From positions 1,863,892 through 1,927,891 of the forward strand of contig MU054049.1 in the NCBI GenBank assembly GCA_013239625.1: a DNA stretch of 64,000 bases, read 5' to 3'. Under the pieces are notes generated by a model, which had not been told where the DNA came from, searched no databases, and saw only the letters and a program-made list of their open reading frames with translations. The stretch comes from Lama guanicoe (Eukaryota). Both the position numbers and the translations under genes were made by a program. This document shows positions 58,233 to 64,000 of this stretch, one piece after another (positions within the stretch are counted from its first letter, which is position 1; every line of letters starts with the position of its first letter).

Positions 58233-58341
58233 CATAAGGTCTATCAATAATATTTATGATTCATTTCCTACCTTCCTCCTTCCCCTCCTTGCTTTTTTTT
58301 TTTTTAGTATTAGCCTCTATTAGTTAAGAGCAAATGAAACA

Positions 58342-58528
58342 GGGGGGACGGTACAGCTCAGTGGTAGAGTACATGCTCAGCATGCACGAGGTCCTGGGTT
58401 CAATTCCCAGTACCTCTGTTAAAAAAGAAAGAAAGAAACCTAATTACCTCCCCCTCAAAATAAATATATAAAATAAATTATACAAAAATAAAATAAAATA
58501 AATGTTCTAAAAAAATTTTTTTTTCTTA
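58342..58528 (+). mobile_element. tRNA-derived SINE (vic-1-like)
   Basis: TSD aagagcaaa(tg/ca)aaaca at 58326..58341 and 58529..58544. Confidence 0.9.
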
Positions 58529-58621
58529 AAGAGCAAACAAAACAAGTAACTGGATGCTATCAGATTTGGAAACTAGCAGATACCAAAGGTCAAGGAGGAA
58601 CTAGCTTAAAAAAGTAGACTA

Positions 58622-58999
58622 CAGCTGACCCTTAGATAACGCAGGAGCTGTGGGCTCTAACCCTCCGCTCAGCCGAAAATCTACATATAATTCATACTTG
58701 GCCCTACGTATCCATGGTTCATCCCTACCCATGGTTCTGCACCTCTCCTTGAATAGTACATACCTGTCCCTCAACTTTTTACCTGGGCTTAAGGAGCTTT
58801 CCTACTGGCAGCTTTTCCTTCTCAAGTGGAACTTATTAAAATGAAGAGGAGGAGCTGTTTTTCACCTCAGTCTCCATTGCTAATTCCTTCGGATTCAACC
58901 AACAGTGGATCGTGCAATACTGTAGTATTTAGTACTGAAAAAAATCCATGTATAAGTGGACCCATGCAGTTTAAACCCATGTTGGTCAATGGTCAACTG
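58622..58999. mobile_element. MER8-like (Tigger2-family) MITE with internal insertion
   Basis: Terminal inverted repeats cagctgacc / ggtcaactg flanked by TA. Internal aaaaaatccatgtataagtggacccatgcag. Confidence 0.8.
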
Positions 59000-59244
59000 T
59001 ACAGATACTAGACTGGGCAGGAAAATATAGGAAGGCAGGGGTGAAGCAATAGATTACAACTGTTTTGTGGGGCATGTTCCATGAGAAATCATAAGCTGTT
59101 ACACAGAAAAAGGTTCTGTTTATAAATAAGTTAGGGGAAAATGTTTCGTTAAAGCAAGCTAAGCTGATCTCTTTACTGTACGATCCCTCAGAACTGTTCC
59201 CAGTAGGAGGACACCCTTTATTTAAAAATATTTGAACAACACAC

Positions 59245-59597
59245 AATGCAAAATGTTTGCATCCCCTGGAAATTCACATGTTGAAACCTATTCCTCCAGT
59301 TTGGAGGTGGGGGGCCTTTGTGGGTTCTTAGATCACGAAGGGCGAAGCTCTCATAAATAGGATTAGTGCCCTTTATAAAAGAGATCTCAGAGAATGCCCT
59401 CGCTCCTTCTGCTCTGTGAAAACACAGCAGGAAGACAGCCATCTATGAATCAGGAAGCAGGACCTCACCAGACACTGAATCTGCCAACACCTTGATCTTG
59501 GACTTACCAGCCTCCAGAACTATGAGAAAAAAATTTCTGTTGTTTATTGACCACCCAGTCTATTTTGTTAACAACAGCCTGAATGGATTACGATACA
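59245..59597 (+). mobile_element. MLT1A-like MaLR solo LTR
   Basis: ggattagtgccctttataaaagaga...cctcaccagacactgaatctgccaacaccttgatcttggacttaccagcctccagaactatgag. Confidence 0.85.
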
Positions 59598-62500
59598 TTG
59601 TTTATCTCTGAGCTGGGCTTCCCAGGGCTGAGGTAGATTAGACCAACAGCATGACTTGGGAGTTCATTTGAAAATACTTCACTTTGCTGGAAATTGTTCT
59701 TCTTGCAGAAAACATCTTTTTATAGTGCTTTTCATGTAATCAAAGAGCACCTGAGGCAACAAGGTACTATGCCACTCAGCTTACTAAAAACTTCTTTAAC
59801 ATTGTAAAGAATAATTGCTCAGACACCAAAGAATCTGACTGCCCATCATTACCACAGCAACAAATCAAGGATAAGGACATTTCACAATTAGTACCAAAAG
59901 TAAAATATGGAGAAAACTCTTGGCTCAGTCCTCAGCAGATGCAGCCATCACGGAGCTATGGTACTAATGGTGTTCTGCTCCCTGCATCACCAGGACAATG
60001 GACCTACAACAGTCTTTACCACAGAGCTCATTGCTTATATAGGCTACTCATGGAAACAGTATATAAATTTGAAAAACATTTTTACATTATTTTTATTTCC
60101 TCTTATTATTTTTATCTTCAGATAATATATACTACAAAACTCCCTTCTAGTGTTAAATATGAGTTCTTACACTTAGATAAAAGTGTTACTAGGAGCTTAA
60201 CCAAAAGGAACACAGAATTTATTTTTAATAAGTAGGAGCATAAGATGAGTATAAGTAAAATAATCTAACAGGAATTATAAATCAAGGCATTGGGTCAAAT
60301 TGTGTAGGAAAAACACACATAAACAAACCCACCTTCCCACCTCAGAGCTAGTTGACAGAGATATAAATCATGGGAGAGATCAGACCATGAAATTATCACC
60401 ACTATTCCAAGAGAGTAGATTTCTCGATAATGAAATCAATGCCACAGCAACATTTACAAGTAATGGTTTCTAGAGCTATTTGAACCAAATGAGTAAGGCT
60501 GGAGTTACAGGGCATTAATGAAGTAGATTAATTTCATTATTAGAATTAGGAGGAATTCTACTAAATAAATGTTCACTTGTGGATGTCTTTAATTTCCATC
60601 CTCCCTGTTCTCCACACACATAAATATAACACTGTGCTTTACAAATACATAATAACAACTCTAATTTCATTAATGATCTAGTGCATGGAGGACTCAACTA
60701 AGATTGATTATCCATAATAACTCAGCACATTTATAAAGCAAGGTGACTAGTCCCAATTGGAGCAATTAATTCTACGAGATGTGCACTCTTTAAAACAGAT
60801 CATGAATGAGACCAGTATATGCTCCAATCTAAAAGCATACATTAATCAAACCAGGGGTAGTTATTCATATTCCATACAAATCTAAAATTTAATATTTTGT
60901 TGACTCTGATTAGCTCTCTTTTGGCTCCTACAGTTCTCATGAATTAGATCAAGTCAAGCTGTAGAACAATGCAGACCTTATTGATTCTAGAGACTGTGAG
61001 TCACTGAGGGAAGAAGTCCAAAAAGGTTAAATTTCCACTGAACTCCAAATCAGAGGTTCGAAAGCTAGAGGGATAAAGACATTAGCTGTAGTCTTGTGAA
61101 ACATTCAAGGCTGCTTTCATTTGATTAGGAATTTGCTACAGGCTCTTTATGACAAATATAACAAGGACACTTTAAATCATCTTTTAAGCTTTGAAGAAAG
61201 ATCCAAAAAATAGATTAGCTATGAAGAACTCCATTTGGAATTGGAAGCTAAGAAGTGATGTGTTTCTATACATTCAGAATTTTATTTCTGTATTACCAAA
61301 AAAAAAAAAAGGCTATTGTGAAAGGCCACAATTTTTACTGATTATTGGTTAAAGAAATTTATTCTGATTTGAAACAGTGTAACAACCTGTTGTCTTATCT
61401 CTAATTTTCCGAAACTAGTCTAAAAAACACTAATGTTCCATGAAATGTTTATAGAGGTGGGGGGTGGGATGGGTGGAGGGAGAAAAAAGAAAAAAAATTC
61501 CTCTAATATTTTTGTCCCAAAATTTTTTGTATACAAAAAGTACAAAGTACATTTGACACAGTTATTATTAAATAAGTTGCCCATAATGGTATGACACACA
61601 CTAGAAGGCCAGGAAGTCCAAATGACACCACTTATGTATAATGCCTGAGTGATGCATAAACATGTAACTATTGTGTTTTATGTTATCTAATGACAGGTGA
61701 TTTATGCTGATTTTTGCCTAATAATTTCAGTATATTATATATTGATTTTTTATCCCATAATAAAGATATGACTCAAAATTTAATTTCTTCTAGCCACTAC
61801 TCTATATATGTGAGGTGACTTTTGGTAATCCATTTTAAAACAAGCTTATGTTTGTTTTCTCTGAGTTTCTATTGTTGATCTGTCAAAAATGATAATATTT
61901 AAGGTTTCTGATGGTTATATGAGTTTAAAAATGTAATTTTAGTTAAACATGGGTATAAGAGTACACACCAATTTTAAGGACAATGAATTCTAACGTACCT
62001 GTTTTTGAAATTTAAAACTACACATAGAGAACTCTGAAGGAAAAGATGACTTAGGCACAATAATCTGCTCCACGTAGTATGCATCCTTCAAAAACTCAGT
62101 ATGACCCCCCATCTACCTTTTAAAATTAAGTAACACATAAACAAGATTGCAAGTTCTTCACTGATAGATTCATACACCCTCATGTATAGGGAAAGAGACT
62201 TTACACAGCCTTTCTGACAAGTCATAGGACACCAGCAGACAGGACAACACATACTCAATATTTTAATAATTATAGCAAAGGAAAAGATGCACCATTACTA
62301 AGTTTCATTAAAGAATTTATTGTGTATATATGACTTGAGGTATAGACTTCATGCTGTATTTATTTTAAAAAAATTGCAGCTTCCAAACAGGAATATATTA
62401 CTAGGCTAAACACAGCAACAAAACCTTTCAACTTTAAGGTCTAAATTTTTCCACTTAAAATTTTTTAAATGTCCTCTCACTCCTGTATTCCTACCTCTCA

Positions 62501-63461
62501 CTCTCTACTTTTAGCAGCCACAGATGTAAACAAACAAACAAACAAAACCCTCATTTTGTTATTTACAGCAGCCTTTATGGATAAACTAACAGAAGTAAGG
62601 AAACAAGAGGCCTATTCATTCTTATCTTTTCTATTCCAGACATAAAACTAAACATGGAAAGGAAGATGAAACAGTCACTAAAAACTTAGGTTTCCTTTCA
62701 ACAACTAACCCATTTGCTGAAAAAGTTTGCTATACAAATCAAACTTAGAATTTAAAGCTCTTTATATTGACATTTACATTTATTGTGAAATATGTATTCA
62801 AAAAGTACACAAAATACATATGCCTGGCCTAATGAATAATTATAAGGCAAACATCCATTTTTTAACTACCATTCAGGTCCAGAAACAGAAGCCAGGATCA
62901 CAGAAACAGAAGTAACCTCTCTTAAACACACCCCACCCCCCAACCCCTCTTCAATCACTATGGCCTTAATGTGCCATGTAAATTTCACAGGTTAATTCAC
63001 TGAGAATGAAAAGAAATAGTGTCACAGGTGTTAAAAGATGGAAGTATCTGAAATTCCTCTAAAATGCATTAATAGAGAACTTTTCCTAATATATAGAACA
63101 TTTTGTTAAACTTTCCTGTGAAAAATGCCAGCAAGAATTATATCGATCCATTCAGAATACAAATTACAGAAGTGTTTGAATTTAATTTTGTGGAACACCA
63201 CACAGGAGGGCCATAAAACACAGATTATTTGTTCCTAGCACTTCCAACAGCTGGCAGAGAGGAAGACCAATATTAGCACTCGAGATGCAAAAAAACACTA
63301 AATAATGACCATTTCGACGCAGCAGCACCTACATATTTAACTATTTTAACTATAAATTACAAAATAACAGATTGATCTCTGTGATCTTAGCTGGGCTCTG
63401 ACAAAATTAAAAAAAGCTTAGGCAATGCTCCTCACTTCCATCCTAAATAAGGATGCTCACA

Positions 63462-63489
63462 TAGCAGGATTAGCAGGATTAGCAGGATT
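63462..63489 (+). repeat. Perfect 9-bp tandem repeat (TAGCAGGAT)x3
   Basis: Read directly. Confidence 0.9.
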
Positions 63490-64000
63490 CTGGGTCTCTT
63501 ACCTCTTGCACTAGCTACTAGGATTTAGGTAATAACTATAACATGGAATCACATAAATGACTGTTGATATTAACACCTCCTGTTCTAAGCAGGCATGGGT
63601 TACAAAATTCATCCATCACTCACAGAATTAGCCAAAGCAAGGTTTTACGGAGAAAAACATTGATAGCCCAAAATAAACTTAACTGTAAAATCTTAAAATT
63701 GATATGCTGTTAAATTTAAATTTCATTTTTTTCCTTAGCAAAGCAAGCCACTCAGAGTTGGGTGTAACATTAAAGTAAAGACTTTTCAAATACTGCTAAT
63801 AAGTAACATTTAAGAACCCTGTTTTAAAGAAGGACTTACTCCAAAATGTGGACATAGATAATGGCAAGCAAACACAATTCATTTATAATTTAAAACCTAG
63901 CCAAACAACTGTTTCCCTTGCACTAAAGATCTCCTTTTCCTCCTCCAATACCACCCATATATTTGTCTAAAACTTACTTCTCACTAACCCCTGCAATCCT

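Overview
AT-rich mammalian genomic DNA, not prokaryotic: no operons, CRISPR arrays, rRNA or true tRNA genes. The window lies inside the PARG (poly(ADP-ribose) glycohydrolase) gene on the minus strand. Eight internal coding exons (93, 158, 80, 61, 76, 148, 79 and 109 nt; 804 nt, 268 codons) join in frame without stops and encode much of the catalytic domain, including the GGG-x-QEE motif. The neighbouring exons fall outside the window. The introns carry L1, L2, MIR, CR1/L3, MLT1, MER21 and MER34/39-like LTRs, Tigger and hAT MITEs, and eight copies of a tRNA-derived SINE resembling camelid vic-1, which suggests a camel, alpaca or llama genome. Repeat family names come from recalled consensus sequences, not from a search. 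I found no convincing new biological system. The best second-look items are a SINE carrying an apparent 3' transduction, a non-canonical GC donor on a CpG-rich exon next to a motif-dense intron, about 140 nt of foreign DNA inside a MER8-like MITE, a poly(A)-only insertion with a 19-bp target-site duplication (TSD), and candidate intronic enhancer and CTCF sites.
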